64,000 nucleotides of DNA from Callorhinchus milii (taxonomy: Eukaryota), in the NCBI RefSeq assembly GCF_018977255.1, contig NW_024704743.1, positions 32,118,001-32,182,000 on the forward strand. Direction: 5' to 3'. Positions 1 through 12,711 of the stretch are shown here, piece after piece (position 1 is the first letter of the stretch; each line of letters opens with the position of its first letter). The translations under genes were made by a program, and so were the position numbers. The notes under the pieces were generated by a model. The model saw only the letters and a program-made list of their open reading frames with translations, was not told where the DNA came from and ran no database searches.

Positions 1-490
1 GTGTCGAAACCCTCATACACACATTGATAACATCGAGGCTTGACTATGCAAACTCCCTGCTTGTCACCCCCCCAACTCCTCCCTCCATAGGCTGCGGATC
101 ATCCAGAACTCTGCAGCCCATGTTCTCTCCCACACCAGGCTCCGAGACCCTATCACCCCCATCCTCACCCGACTCCACTGGCTTCCCATCACACCGAGGA
201 TACAGTTCAAGATCCTGGTCCTTTTAATGTCCCCCGTCTTGCCCACCCCACCATTGATGGATGAGCCTCCAGCCACTCTGCTCCCACACTCTGAAGCTCT
301 GTTCCCCCTCCTTGCCTCCTTCAAGACCCATCTCAAGACCCTCTTCGACTGTGCCTTATATCATCTCCCTTTCCCCCTGCCCTCCCCGATCCTGACCCCA
401 GCTCGGGTCCGAAACACCTCCTGTCCAGCCCCTTGGAAAGTCCTCCCAACTTGAAAGGCGCTATACAAATGTAATTTTGTTGTTGTTGTC
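1..490 (+). mobile_element. L2-clade LINE 3' fragment
   Basis: SRLDYANSLL...LHWLPI..RIQFK remnants; tail ggcgctatacaaatgtaat...(gtt)n. Confidence 0.85.
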
Positions 491-599
491 ATCACGTCAT
501 CGAGATATCTCAAAGCACTTTTATTGTGAAGTGTATTTGTAGGCTACTAATTGTGTAACTTAGGATGATTTTTGTTTATTGATAGGTTTATATTCTGAT

Positions 600-768
600 A
601 TGTCAACTGGAATTGAAAGTTCAAAAATGGATTCACTTGCTAAAGGCGATAATGCTGAAGGAACAAAGGAGAAAACCAAGGCTGGTAAATCTACAAAGGA
701 AGTAGAAGAAAAGGATGTAAAATCGGAAGAGAGTGAAGAGGAAGAGGAGGAGGAGGAGGAGGAGAGGG
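600..768 (+). CDS. DEK: DEK coding exon 1 (ATG at 600; exon begins at 586)
   Basis: Acceptor gatag|586. Encodes MSTGIESSK...EESEEEEEEEEEER with an acidic tract. Phase-1 donor G|gtatag. Confidence 0.88.
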
Positions 769-860
769 GTATAGTGTAAATCAATACTTTTGTTTTGAAA
801 CAAGTTGAGAATTGGTTGCTTTCTATTGGGAAATCATTGATCACTTTATTAATGTTGCAG

Positions 861-974
861 TTGGATTGCTGGAAAGAAGTCCCATTGTGGAAGGGAAAAG
901 GGAAAAGAAAAAGGTGGAAAGACTTACATTACAAGTGACGCCTTCTGCAAAAGAAACGTTTAGTATTCCTGAAG
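861..974 (+). CDS. DEK: DEK coding exon 2
   Basis: ttgcag| acceptor; GLLERSPIVEGKREKKKVERLTLQ matches the DEK IVEGKREKKKVERL motif; donor G|gtaagc. Confidence 0.95.
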
Positions 975-1570
975 GTAAGCATTTAACAAGTAGTTGGTGA
1001 AAAGTAAATCTCCTACATGGCTGCTCCATTAGATTTGGACCTCTGGGACATCAAAGTGGCTAGCATGTTGCCCTATATATATGTGCTTCCACCAAGCTGG
1101 AGGTAGATGTCCATCAAATAACTGAAGAGGAAACTAAGGCTTGGGATGAGAGCTGCTAGCACACATTGCTTGGTGTCTGGGTTCATGAACACCCACTTGT
1201 ACATCCAGGGCTTGATACCTATCTTGTATGCAGTGAGGTAAGCAGCTACTGTTGAAGTTCCACATTTTCAACGAGTGGAACTGTCACTCAATGTGTAGGA
1301 TTGTGGGTCTAGGCTTTAATTGGGATGTTGCTGCTCACCATGCTATTCCTGGGGAGTTTCTGGTATCTGCTGCCAACTAGATAGGATTCAAGCATGTTTG
1401 TCAAAAGTCAAATTACCAAATCAATCCCCAAGCCAATGGTCAAATGTTTCTAAACAATATTTTTTTTGTTTTTTTTTACTTAAATGTTACTACAAAATGT
1501 GCATTATTTATGCTTTGCATTGATCTTGAGAATAAGAGTAACATTGAGGCATTTTTGTTTTCATGTATAG

Positions 1571-1680
1571 GTAGAGGCATTAAGCTGGGAGATATTGAGA
1601 GAGTGCAGTATTTTATGGGAAAGACAAAGGCCGAGGATCTCAGATCTCTTCACAAAGTCCTATACAATAGACCTGGCTCG
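1571..1680 (+). CDS. DEK: DEK coding exon 3 (pseudo-SAP region)
   Basis: GRGIKLGDIERVQYFMGKTKAEDLRSLHKVLYNRPGS; ag/gt flanks; 110 nt, phase consistent. Confidence 0.95.
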
Positions 1681-2512
1681 GTAAGGACATGATACATATC
1701 TGATTATTATTTTTAAGTTGAGCAAAATTGCATTGTTGCAGTCTTGGACAATTACAGTCTGGACCTCTTGCCCATCATCAGCTCAACATAGTTGATAGCA
1801 TTGTTACCCCTGGATCAGTGTGGCTTCAAGTCTCTTGTATGGAGTTGAATTACAGAGCGTTACTAGAGAAGTGCTGCATTGTCAAAGTTAAAAGATCCTT
1901 TGAATATTTCAGAAAACAGAAGAGTTTCTCCCAATATCCTGGCTGACAATCCTGCTAAATTGATCATTCATTGCATAGCATCACCTTGCTGGGTGAAAAT
2001 GGACTGCTGAATTTGCCTGCAAACTATAATTTCACTTGGCAATAATTACCTGTGAAACTCTTCAAAATATTGCAACATTATAGCTTTTGTAGCATAATCT
2101 TTGTTTCCACACAAGCCCTTCTCTCTATTTCCCATTTTTACCTGCGCTTTTCACCTCTTTGTTAGAAATTGTCTTATACTCGCTCGATTTCTTCCCCTCC
2201 CCCCACACCCCCACCCCACCCATATGTCCCTTCCCTCACACTCGCTCATAATCTTGACCCACTGTTGTCATTTTGTCTCTTCCAGTGTCTTCTCCTCCAG
2301 CCTCCGCAGTCATCTGCGGTTGCGGTGTATCCCAAGGTTCTAACCTTAGCCTCTCCTTTTTCTGCAGCCGCAGATGGAAGCTGTCCTTCCTGGCTCCTGT
2401 CGCTGTCTCCTTGCTGTCTCATCTTCTGACTGAAACTTTTAGGTTTCAGATAAGTTTGTATTGAAAAACATTTTAAAACTTCTGAGATCATTTAATGCTT
2501 TTCAATTTTCAG

Positions 2513-2607
2513 ATCGCCACTCTGAAAAAAAACATCCGTCTGTTCACTGGGTTCCCATTTGAAAATAAAGATGATCAATACAAGAAAAAAGAGGAATTAC
2601 TGAAAAA
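2513..2607 (+). CDS. DEK: DEK coding exon 4
   Basis: tttcag| IATLKKNIRLFTGFPFENKDDQYKKKEELLK |gtgagt; 95 nt; absent from the ORF track. Confidence 0.95.
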
Positions 2608-5073
2608 GTGAGTGATCCGCTGCCAAGCCCACTGCCATTTCCATCTGCCCTAGAAGAAAAATATCCCCCGTTTCCTGATTTGACTGCCACCTTGTCCCGT
2701 GGTCTCCACCCTCAACTCCAGGATCACTGCTGTCAGACATCAAGTCGCGGATGAGTCATAATTTCTTAAACTCAACGATGACACTATGGATGAGACTATC
2801 CAGCTTGGCTTGTGCCAGTGCCTCCTTACCTCAGGTGCTGATTGTATGGACCTCCCTAGTTGCTTACTCCAAAGCACAGAGAGGAGCTTCAATGGTTTGT
2901 TCGTCCCTCAACTCTCCTTCAAAGCTTTTGTCCTGGCTTTGATGTTGCTTTTTTCATCTATGTAACTTTGCCCACCCTAAATCCCTCTCCTATATTCTTT
3001 AATTCTCCCACTAGTTCACTCCAACATGGCTAAAAACCTCATCTTATATCTTTGTCTCTCTGCCTGCTTTGTGCCCCCAACCATTCTGCCCCACTTTTGG
3101 TGGGGGAGCCTTCAGCCATTTTGCCCCTTGCCTTTTGGAACTTTCCTGAAACCTCTTGGTCTTGTTTCCTCCTCTGGTTTCAATTACCTGAACACCTACT
3201 TCTGAGTGTGCCTTTGGCTATCTTCCAAGCAAATTATCTGCCACTTAAACATTAAATATAGAAAATGTTTAAAATAACTGACAAACTTTCAAACATTAGA
3301 TTTACATAGATACTACACGGAAATGGGCCATTCAGTCCAATTACACAAGCCTCCATCCTTCCTAATCCCTCTCCCATACTCTATTCCCTTCTCCCTCATG
3401 TATGCATCAAGATTCTTTTTAAGTACATTGCTATTTTCTGCTTCAGCCACAGCCTCCAGCAATGAATTTTGCATTCTCACTATGGACAGCAAAAGGTAGT
3501 TGCTCCTAAACTCCCTTTTAGTCTTTTATTTATGCTGCCTTGTTTTGGACTTGCCAGCAAGCCTATTGTTGTCCACCTTTCGATTTGCAGCAGCTGGAAC
3601 TGTTTTGCCATTGCTGGGTACATGTGTATGTGGGCAGTGAAAGCTAAGGACATGTTTTTCTATTGCAAAGACCATCTTTGACGCCTTAAAGTGTCAGACT
3701 GACACCTCACCTAATTCCTTACATTTGTTGTATGCTATTGATGTGTGCGAATGGACCAGAGTCTGTTTGTTTCCAGCATGTTTGAACAGCTGGTTCTAGT
3801 TTCATTTCCGGTTACTAGCAGTTTCACCTTTGTGGGAATGACCTTCTTAATTCAGAATTGTCAAGCGCTTTGAGACGACCTCCCAGCATTAAAGTAGCTA
3901 CATAAATGTAAATTGTATTGCATACTTAAAGATGTATCTTATTCTAAAAGATAACTGCATTCCTAATTGCTGAGGACCTAATAGAGTGGAGCCTTGATTA
4001 TAATCTGGTTGTTGGGATCCAACATATGCCATTGATAAGGAACGATAGCTGGTTTCATAGCTTGGCCAGCTCAGCCCTGCCTTTTTGATTTTAACTTCTC
4101 ATTACTGTCACATTAATTCCCTTTTAACTTCACCTTCTAACTTCCTGCTTTTCATTATTTTCCTCTAGTATTTTTAATATTATCGCTTGCAATTATCTCC
4201 TTTGGGATTTTTCTTTTTGTCTGCATGTTCTCTGTTTTTTTCAGATTGTCTGAATTCATCTGATTCTCATCTCTTAATTCTTCTTCCAGTCGTTTAGTCA
4301 AACAATGAAACTGATGTGTTGCTGGGATTAGAGACTGAAATAAGTCTATTTCTTGTCATGCATGTCAGTGTGTTTTATTTTGTTTTGAATCCATTCCAGC
4401 ACTCTTTTTCTCATTACTTTATTGTGATGCTATTTCCTTTTCCAACTTCCCCATCCCCAGAACTTATGGAACTTCCTTCTTACAATCTACAGGGTTCAAA
4501 AGTCTACCAAACCGTTAGTTTTTGATTTATTTTGTCTTCCACGCAAATGCCCCTCACCAAGCTTTCTCAAACCTATCATTGGAGAAAATCAACTTCACAG
4601 TTATAATACATTGCAATTTACATTATATAGTGCCTTTCACATCTCAAAGGTCTGTGCACCTAAGCGGTGGTGGGAGCCAAGAGGGGAGGGAAGAGGGAAA
4701 ATATCCAAAAATATGGTAAAAGGTATGTCTTTAGATGGATCTTGAACGAGGGGAGAGCAAACGAGTCAGACAAGAGTCTGCGTGAGAGCGGGGGCAGAAT
4801 GCCTGAGAACTTTGTGGGGTCTAATGTGTTTTTTTTTTCTTGGTGAGCGGACACGGGCTGTAGAATTCTTGATAGTCTGCAGCCTGTATAGAGACAAACT
4901 AGTATACTTTAATACGTCTTGCGTCTCCATGTTGAAATAAAATGTGTACAAGAGTCCTTGGTTTTGCTGATTACAAAAGAGGCTCATTCAAGAAAAATAC
5001 TAAAATAAAGAATTGTACTGAGCTGTTTGTTCATGTTGAACTGCTTCAGACCTTTTTTTCTTCCCAATTGCAG

Positions 5074-5194
5074 ATATCCAATTTCAGTATTGAAAGTAAT
5101 TTGTACTGTCCTGGACCTGGAGCGAAAAGGGACTAAAGATGAAATTGTTTCAAAAATTCTCAACTTTCTGATGAAGCCCAAGGCATCTGGCAAG
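5074..5194 (+). CDS. DEK: DEK coding exon 5 (SAP domain)
   Basis: YPISVLKVICTVLDLERKGTKDEIVSKILNFLMKPKASGK; 121 nt; ag/gt flanks. Confidence 0.96.
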
Positions 5195-6406
5195 GTAACA
5201 TTTTCAAATCTAAATTTTCCTTGAAACGAGGCAAAAATCAGTGCATGTAATCTGCCTTACAAGTATACTGGCAGCCTGTTTGATTTTAAAACATACCAAT
5301 AGTAAATAATAAACGTTGAAGCTTTAACTTGTATTTCAGTTCCCACTTATGTTTCGGCTTAGTAGCACTTTCAAACCCTGTTGTCATTGGCATTCTCTGA
5401 ACGAAACCATTATTTATAAAGCAAAGTCAACAAAACTAGGTGGATTATTTTGATTTTTGATAAAGGAATCCTGGGTGTGTTTTCCTGAAAGATAACTACA
5501 AATTAATTTGTCTTGTAAACAGCAAGCATAATTGAGATTTAAATGTTGTTGGTGCAGTTCCAAAGAACATCATTTATTTTCTTCTCCAAATCAACAAAAG
5601 CATGGAAATTCTTTGCTCTGCAGGATTTAATAAAATGGGTACTTGTACATCTCTCAAAGCTAAATTCTGCCTCTTTTTCTACTGCCGTATTAGCCTCTAA
5701 CCAGAATTCAAATAACAGAACTGTTTGGCAGTATAATGCTTGTGGAGCAGACCTCTAAAGATGATGCCAGCGTCTAGGTTGCTAATTACTTGAATGACTT
5801 GTTTTGCCTGGAAACCGAAGGGCACCAAAGAAAAATTAACTATTCTGTCTGTGCTCTTTCAGGAGTATATTCAAGCAAAGGAGCTATACAAATGTAATCT
5901 TGTTGTTGTTTATTAAATTATTTATTTAATTAGTTTATGGAAAGTTATTCTCCAATTTTTCGTGGTTCCCAGGCCTCCACTAGTACTATGCAACTGGATT
6001 GTGTGTGGTCGCCTTGGCGTGACTTTTTTTTTCCATTCCCATGTGGTAAACATTCTCTACGCTTGGGACTTCTCCACAGATCGACAGTTCAGCAACTGAA
6101 GAATTGCAGGCATGGATACGCATTCTGCCTTTTTGACCACTCCAACCGTAGTCAGGATGAAGTGATCTTGTTAAATGCTGATTATGAACATCTTTCACTT
6201 GTGTGCAGATCACTTCTAAAGCTGTATATATAATTGCATACTATTTTGTACAACTTATTTGTAAAATCATTTTCTGAAAAGTTCTAATATGTGGCCTGAG
6301 CGGTGATGAGTGCAATGTGCATGTTGTTGTGTTAAGAAAAGTTGATTACACAAAACTCAAATGTATATTTCATAATATAAATTATTGTGTTGTGTATGTT
6401 TGGCAG

Positions 6407-6595
6407 TCATTACCAAAGCCTAAAAGAAAGCGTCAAAAGGGTGGAAAAAAAGAGCGTAGCAGTTCAGGATCCAAGAAGAAGTCCAAGGCCACGACTGTGG
6501 AAGAAATTCTCACAGACGAGTCTAGCAGTGAAGAAGATGAAAAGAAAGAAAAGAAGTCTTCAGATGAAGAGAAAGATGAAAGTGATGAAGTGGAG
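6407..6595 (+). CDS. DEK: DEK coding exon 6 (basic/acidic linker)
   Basis: SLPKPKRK...EEILTDESSSEEDEKKEK...DEVE; 189 nt; donor gtttgt. Confidence 0.93.
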
Positions 6596-6867
6596 GTTTG
6601 TATGTTATTTCTTGTGCCACTGTGTTAATGTGCAATTGAACTATTCCATGACTGAATTGAGAGAGAGAGATGTGAAATATAAGGATGAACTATTTAAGGT
6701 CATCCACTGTGAAAGCATAAGGGACCATTTGAAAGCTGCATTGTCAATATGGGGATTGACTTTTGTCTGTATGTATATGTGAGGTTGATATTCATCTCAT
6801 GATTACTGCAAGTAATGTGCATTATAATTAGCCTTGTGGAGGGTAATATGTGCATTGTAATTACGTG

Positions 6868-7167
6868 GAGTCAGTGGTTTGAGCACTCATTTGCAAGCGA
6901 GAGACCTGGGTTCGATTCCTGGCAGGGTGAAACCTTGGGCAAGTTTCCTTGCTCCACACGCCTGATAATATTCCCTCCAAAACAATAATAAATTGATCAT
7001 TTCAATCCATGACTGTTTGTGGGACACTGCTGTGTGCAATTGGCTGCCGCATTTCACCCACAAATATACAGTCAATTCACTTTACAGTCTATTCTGTGAA
7101 GCGCTTTGAGACGTCTAGAAGGCGTGAAAAGCGCTATATCAAATGCAAGGATTATTATTATTATTAC
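6868..7167 (+). mobile_element. tRNA-derived SINE with L2-like tail
   Basis: B box GGTTCGATTCC; tail gcgctatatcaaatgcaagg(att)n shared with many copies in the window. Confidence 0.85.
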
Positions 7168-7239
7168 TCTTGAATAAGTGCACTGACCTGAGCCAATGAC
7201 TGGAACATTCAGTGATCCATAGATGAATTTCACCTATCA

Positions 7240-7650
7240 TTCAAGAGAGTACGCTATCAAGGATGAGTGGAAAGCTCTCAAGAAAAATAAGACAATTTGG
7301 AGCTTTCCTCTCTAGGGTCAGATAATTCAAAGGGGATCTGATAGAGGTGTTTATTAAGAAAGGATTCAATGGGATGGGGGTGTTAGGTTTTCCATTTATT
7401 GGTGAGTCCAAAACGAGGGAGCAAAATGTAAGATAGCTAATCTAGATCTTTAACTTTCTTTAACTTGAGAAGCGAGAATGTTGAACTCACTGCTGGAAGC
7501 TGTAGTTGAAGCAAAAAGCATTCAAGTATGCAAGAACAAAACTCGATGCATACACGAGGGAGAAGTGAATAGAGGGGTACGGAGGAGAGATGGAGGCTTG
7601 TGTGGATTACAAGCACTGGCGTGCCTAGTTCGACCAAATGGCCTGTTTCC
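7240..7650 (+). mobile_element. Degenerate CR1-type LINE 3' end
   Basis: ggggatctgatagaggtgttt (GDLIEVF-like) and gaactcactgc...gtagttgaagca remnants. Confidence 0.6.
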
Positions 7651-7732
7651 AAATCGAATTAGTCAATGAAATCCTATTAGAAAAATGAATCTTAATTAAA
7701 TGATGTACTGAAAATTATACTTTTCTATTCAG

Positions 7733-7874
7733 CCACCGAAAAAAGTAGTTCGAAAGGAGAAATCTACACCAAAAGCTACACCAAAAGGCAAGAAGGGTCA
7801 AAGTACCAAGTCAGCAAACGTGAAAAAGGCTGATAGTAGCACCCCAAAGAAAACTGCAGCCCTGGCAAAGAAAG
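7733..7874 (+). CDS. DEK: DEK coding exon 7 (ends at a GC donor)
   Basis: PPKKVVRKEK...SANVKKADSSTPKKTAALAKK. The next exon needs phase 1, which among nearby sites only AAAG|GCAAGT provides. Confidence 0.9.
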
Positions 7875-9729
7875 GCAAGTACCTCCAAGAGGGATAATTA
7901 TTTGAATGACTTGTTTTGCCTGTAAACTGAAGGGCACCAAACAAAAAGTAAACATTCTCTCTGTGCCCTTTCAAGGGGTATATTCAAGCAGTTATTAAAT
8001 AGTTGTCCAATCTGCATTTGAACACCAAAATTTGTAGATATTTTGGATAGCTGAAGTCACTAGAGCACCGGCTCAAAATGTTCTAGATATAAATCACATC
8101 TCCTCAACCTTTTGGGGTTGATTAAACCAATAATAATAATACTTGCATTTGGTATAGCGTCTTATCACGTTGGAAGGACGTTTCAAAGCGCTTCATGGTA
8201 TTTACTGTGAAATTAAGTGACTGTATTTGTGGGCAACACAGCAGCACAATTGCACACAACAGTGTCCTACAAACAGCCATGAAATGAGTGACCAATTTTA
8301 TTTGGGGGAACTGTTGGCCAGGACACCAGGAGAAATTCCCTTCTCGTTTTGAATAGAGTACCATTTCTTAAAAATACACTTGGTGAGGTGGGGCTGTGAG
8401 GAGGTAATCTCTGAAGTTGAACTGGCTCTGAGGTAATTTGAGAAGTCAAGTAAATCCACAGTAATCCCCAATGAGACATGAGTGAGACTTGGAAATGTAA
8501 ACCTGTCAACATTGAAGCATGAGAGTCATTGGCCCATCCAGCTCAAGACATATTTCTCTGTCTGATCCTAACTTACTGCTCGGTAAACTGAGGCACGTGG
8601 AGTAAGGAAACTTGCCCAACGTTTCGCCCTGCCCGGGAATCAAACTCAGATCTCTTGCGAAGTGAGGGCCCTAACCAATGAGCTACAAGTCTCAACATTT
8701 AGTGTTGGCTAATAAACTGACTAAAACTGACTCAACATTTAGTGTTGGCTAATAAACTGACATAAGGCACAAGTTTTTCTCTTAACAGGGTTCTGGGCAT
8801 CCAGTTTGTGAATTGTTCCCAACTGCAGTACAGACACAGCCTTCCTAAAGTGTCCATGAGGGACCTTGAATCGTGTTTAATTCACATTTGGTGCTTATTC
8901 TGGTGGCTATCCAATGTAGAGCAAAACATTTATTCCCATTCTACTAATATTAGACACTGGTACATGTGGGTTAGTTGTGGTTGAGTATAAACCTAAGAAA
9001 AGCACGCTCTACTGCATCAGTGTGAATTTCTCCTACTGCTACACCAGGCATCCTGTAGTTTCTAACTAACTGAAGGTTTTAGATTATGACCTGGTGCTAC
9101 AGGAGACTAAATTGAAACAAACCATATACTTGGGACACTTTTCGCTTTGGACTTTGCAGCTAGCAGAGAAATTGCTATCTAACTAGGCTGGATTAGAATT
9201 CAATCCTGGGTCTCAGAGGTGAAAAGGTAGCAACGTGCTGCACTACCAACTTCCCATTTAATATAATTTTCTTCCCTAGACTTGAGAGGTGGTGATAAAA
9301 AAGTTACTCCGATTGAGAGCATAGCCACGAGTAAGTAAACCTTTTTTAAGATTTTTTTTATGCAGAATCAACAAAATGTCAGTGAAGGAGGCAGGGGAGA
9401 ATGGTTTGAAAAGCATCATTTTGTAAGAAATGATGTAAAATAAAGCTGTTGTACAACTACATCATAGTTATTGTCTCTTGGCTGGAGAACTTCGATGCTG
9501 GCAAGTTATGTGAACTCAAGGATGATGCTTGAAAATAATGGTTGAATTTTGGGACAACAGATGGCAACTGATTTACATTTTGATATTTTACTGTACTACA
9601 TATTGATATTTTATGGTACAAATTGATTTTATGTACCCCACAAATTATCAAATTCCATGAGAGAAACTGCCATGAAGTTTTTCGAGTATGCAATTTGACC
9701 TAATTGGAATTTGATCATTATTTGGCATA

Positions 9730-9990
9730 CACCATTTCAGGGGTTAAGGTGAAGGGATTGAGGGAGAGAGTTCCAGAGTTTTGGGGCGTAGTGGCTGAAG
9801 TCACGGCCACCAATGGTGGAACGGAGGGCACAAGAGACAAACAGGAAACCGGAGCCGAGTAGAGGCAGCGGGTGGTGGAGTGGGGGTGTAAGCAGGTCGG
9901 ATAGTTAGGGAGGTGCAAGGGCATGAAGGGATTTGAAAACGAGTGAAAGGAACTTGAAATCGATCTGTTCAGTGATGGAGAGGCAGTGGG
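9730..9990 (-). mobile_element. L2 LINE fragment
   Basis: Homologous to the L2 ORF2 C-terminal copies at 22370 and 27310. Confidence 0.75.
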
Positions 9991-10385
9991 CACAACTTTT
10001 GGCAAAATCAGGCAAACTGGCTCATTGGCAAGACAGATCACTGGGAACAGAAATTCTTCCACTAAACTTGTTAACCCTGAAAGCCAAAGACTTAATCCTA
10101 TCCTAACTGGACAAACAGCAGAAACCTTCCTGGACAGTGCTTTCAATGGCAAGCGGTTTTAGCTAGTTAAACTCCAGCAGTATTCCAAAAACAGACTTGA
10201 GCATCCACAAGTCTTGATTCTTGTGACAAGGTGCTATATCAAACGGAAGTATTCTGATAATAATCTCCTTTCTCCTGCAACGATTACCCCATCTCCATGT
10301 CAAACTAGGAAAGTGAAGGTTAACCTGTAAACTGAACAAGATATTCTGCTTGAAAAGTTTAATGCCACCTTTGTGCTTTTTGCAG

Positions 10386-10534
10386 AAAGCGAATCTGAAG
10401 ACAGTTCAGATAATGAACCTCTGATTAAGAAAGTGAAAAAACCACCTACAGATGATGACTTGAGAGAAACTGTCATGAAGTTATTGGAGGATGCAAATTT
10501 GGAGGAGGTCACAATGAAACAAATCTGCAAGAAG
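10386..10534 (+). CDS. DEK: DEK coding exon 8 (start of DEK_C domain)
   Basis: ESESEDSSDNEPLIKKVKKPPTDDDLRETVMKLLEDANLEEVTMKQICKK; 149 nt. Confidence 0.96.
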
Positions 10535-11085
10535 GTACCTTTGTATTCTAATGTGCTGAATAAATTAGAAAACCAACAAGTTGATCTCAGTTAGGCATTG
10601 CACTGATAGAACTTTTAATGGCACCTGCAACAAGGGCACACATTGAATGTTATATTTGATCCAGTACAAGGGGAACAAAAAAGCTTGAGTTTACATTCCT
10701 TCATTGATATTGTTTTCTCTCCCCCTCCCCATTAATAATCTGACTTGGTGAATGCTGTGTACTCATACTCTTGAGGTTATTTGTTTGGGTTTCAAGAAAT
10801 TCAAATTGCAATCTATCTTAATTTAACAAATACGTGAAGGAATTGTATTGAAAATTTTCATGAACTGTTCATGCAGTGTTCCAGATAATTGAGTCTTGTT
10901 GGATCATCACGGCTGTTTTCAATTTGCAGTGCAGTATAAGCAATGAATTGATGGGTATTGGATGGGGTAGGCAGCATATTGGTTGTGAATTTATATTGGA
11001 AATCTCCCTCTCTCATATTTATGCTTATGATAGTCCACAGAAGCACTCCGAGATGCCTATCTGCATGAACTGCACTATATAAGTG

Positions 11086-11456
11086 GAGTCCTTGTAGCTT
11101 AGTGGTTAGAGCACTCGCCTCGCAAGTGAGAAGACCTGGGTTTGATTCCCAGGCAGGGCGAAACGTTGGGCAAGTTTCCTTACTCCACACGCCTCTGTTC
11201 ACCTAGCAGTAAGTAGGAACTCGGTTGGTGGGTTGCTTTTCTGGGCGTAATAATCCCTTTAAAAAATGTTTTTAAAAAAAATAATTTGGTCATTCAATCC
11301 ACGGTTGTTTGTGAGACGCTGCTGTGCGGAATTGGCTGCTGTGTTTTGCCCACAAAATATACAGTCAATTAACTTCACAGTATATTCTGTGAAGTGCTTT
11401 AAGACGTCTCGAAGACGTGCTAAGGTGGTATATCAAAACCAAGGATTATTATAATA
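11086..11456 (+). mobile_element. Near full-length tRNA-derived SINE
   Basis: A box tagcttagtgg, B-like box gggtttgattccc, same body and (att)n tail as the 6868 copy. Confidence 0.85.
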
Positions 11457-11459
11457 ACC

Positions 11460-12060
11460 AGATACATTTATATAGCATCTTTCACATCGGGAGGACATAC
11501 TAAGGCACTTGACAGTCGAGCACCCGATGTGTGGATTGTATTTGGGAAGGGTGGGGAGATGATCGAAAGTGTGATCGAAGAGGAAGGTCTTGAAACAGAC
11601 CTTGAAGGAGGTGAGGGAATGGGTGAGGCGAAGGGACCCTGGGATGGAGTTCTAGAGCACAGGGACGGAAAGGGTTGAAGCCCTGACTGCTGGTGGTGGG
11701 CTGGGCAAGGTGGGGCACGTGAAGTACTGTGCCTGACGAGTGGAGTGAGAGGGTGGTTTTGTAGGGTCTTCGAAGATCACGGATGTAAGGTTGGGCAAGA
11801 CAGTGGAGGGATTTAAAAGGATGAAGATCTTGAATTCTGTCTTCTGGGGATGAGGAGCTGGGCAAGGATGGGGGTGATAGGCTTTTGAACCCTGATGCAG
11901 TAGAGGACACAATTTGCAGAATTCTAAATGGTCTGCAGGTTGTGGAGGGAAGAGTTGGGAAGTCTGTCCAGCAGAGAGTTGGCGGAGCCTAGGTGTGATG
12001 AAAGCATGGATAAGGGTCTCATCGGCTTGAAGGGAGAGGCAATGGTGGAAGGCAAGTTGT
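11460..12060 (-). mobile_element. L2 LINE 3' fragment
   Basis: Reverse complement gives RIQFK/LHCLA remnants and an L2 tail. Confidence 0.8.
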
Positions 12061-12134
12061 TTTAGAAGTCTGATACAAAGGAGTTTATTTTATGTTATAA
12101 TAATCTTTACCTTTGATATTGCCTGGTGCTTCAC

Positions 12135-12540
12135 AGATAATAATTCTTGCATTTGATATAGCGACTTATGTATTTACAATGTCTCAAAGCGCTTCACAGG
12201 ATATACTGTAAAGTATCTGATTGATGTACTGTAATGGCTAATGAGGGTATTTTGTAGGTTAGCACAGCAATCAATTTGCACACAGCAATATCTCACGAAC
12301 AGCCACAGAGTGAGTGACTAATTTTATTTGGGAGATTGTTAACTGGGACACCGGGAGAAACTCCCTTCTCTTTTCCAATAGTGCCATGGGATCTTTAACA
12401 TCCACTTGAATGGGCAGACTGGACCTTGGTTTAATGTCATGCAACAATGCACATACCAGTAGTGTATTCGAGAGCTGAGACTATATTCAATGCCGTGATG
12501 TGGAGTTTGAACTCACAGCTGTCTAATCCAGAGACAAGTT
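12135..12540 (-). mobile_element. Deu-domain-type SINE
   Basis: gtgccatgggatctttaacatccac...ggcagac core, also at 35700-36060 (-), 26480-26830 (+) and 62490-62700 (+). Family name from recall. Confidence 0.6.
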
Positions 12541-12642
12541 AGGCTCCAGTTGCTAAAATTAGTGATCTATGGGCTGGGGGTGTGGATGGATTGTAATGCA
12601 ATTTCTGGGTAGAATGTTAATTTAAGTGACTTTATTTTGTAG

Positions 12643-12711
12643 GTGTTTGCAAACTATCCAGATTATGACCTCTCAGGCAAAAAAGACTTTGTCAAGAATG
12701 CTGTGAAAGAG
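12643..12711 (+). CDS. DEK: DEK coding exon 9 (DEK_C)
   Basis: tgtag| VFANYPDYDLSGKKDFVKNAVKE |gtaggt; 69 nt. Confidence 0.94.

Noticed and set aside
579..599. Upstream extension of the DEK ORF (MIGLYSD)
   Set aside because: It starts at a non-ATG codon and crosses the acceptor at 585/586; the supported start is the ATG at 600.
7903..7990. SECIS element or canonical C/D snoRNA
   Set aside because: Intronic, with no matching GA quartet partner and no terminal CTGA box D; kept only as an unclassified hairpin.
8691..8761. Short direct duplications (31 bp here; 22 bp at 42573-42616; 22 bp at 60712-60764)
   Set aside because: Ordinary local slippage duplications with no sign of function.
11086..11165. 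tRNA gene (also near 6870, 8600-8690 and 20870-20939)
   Set aside because: The A/B boxes continue into a repeated SINE body and tail; these are SINE heads.
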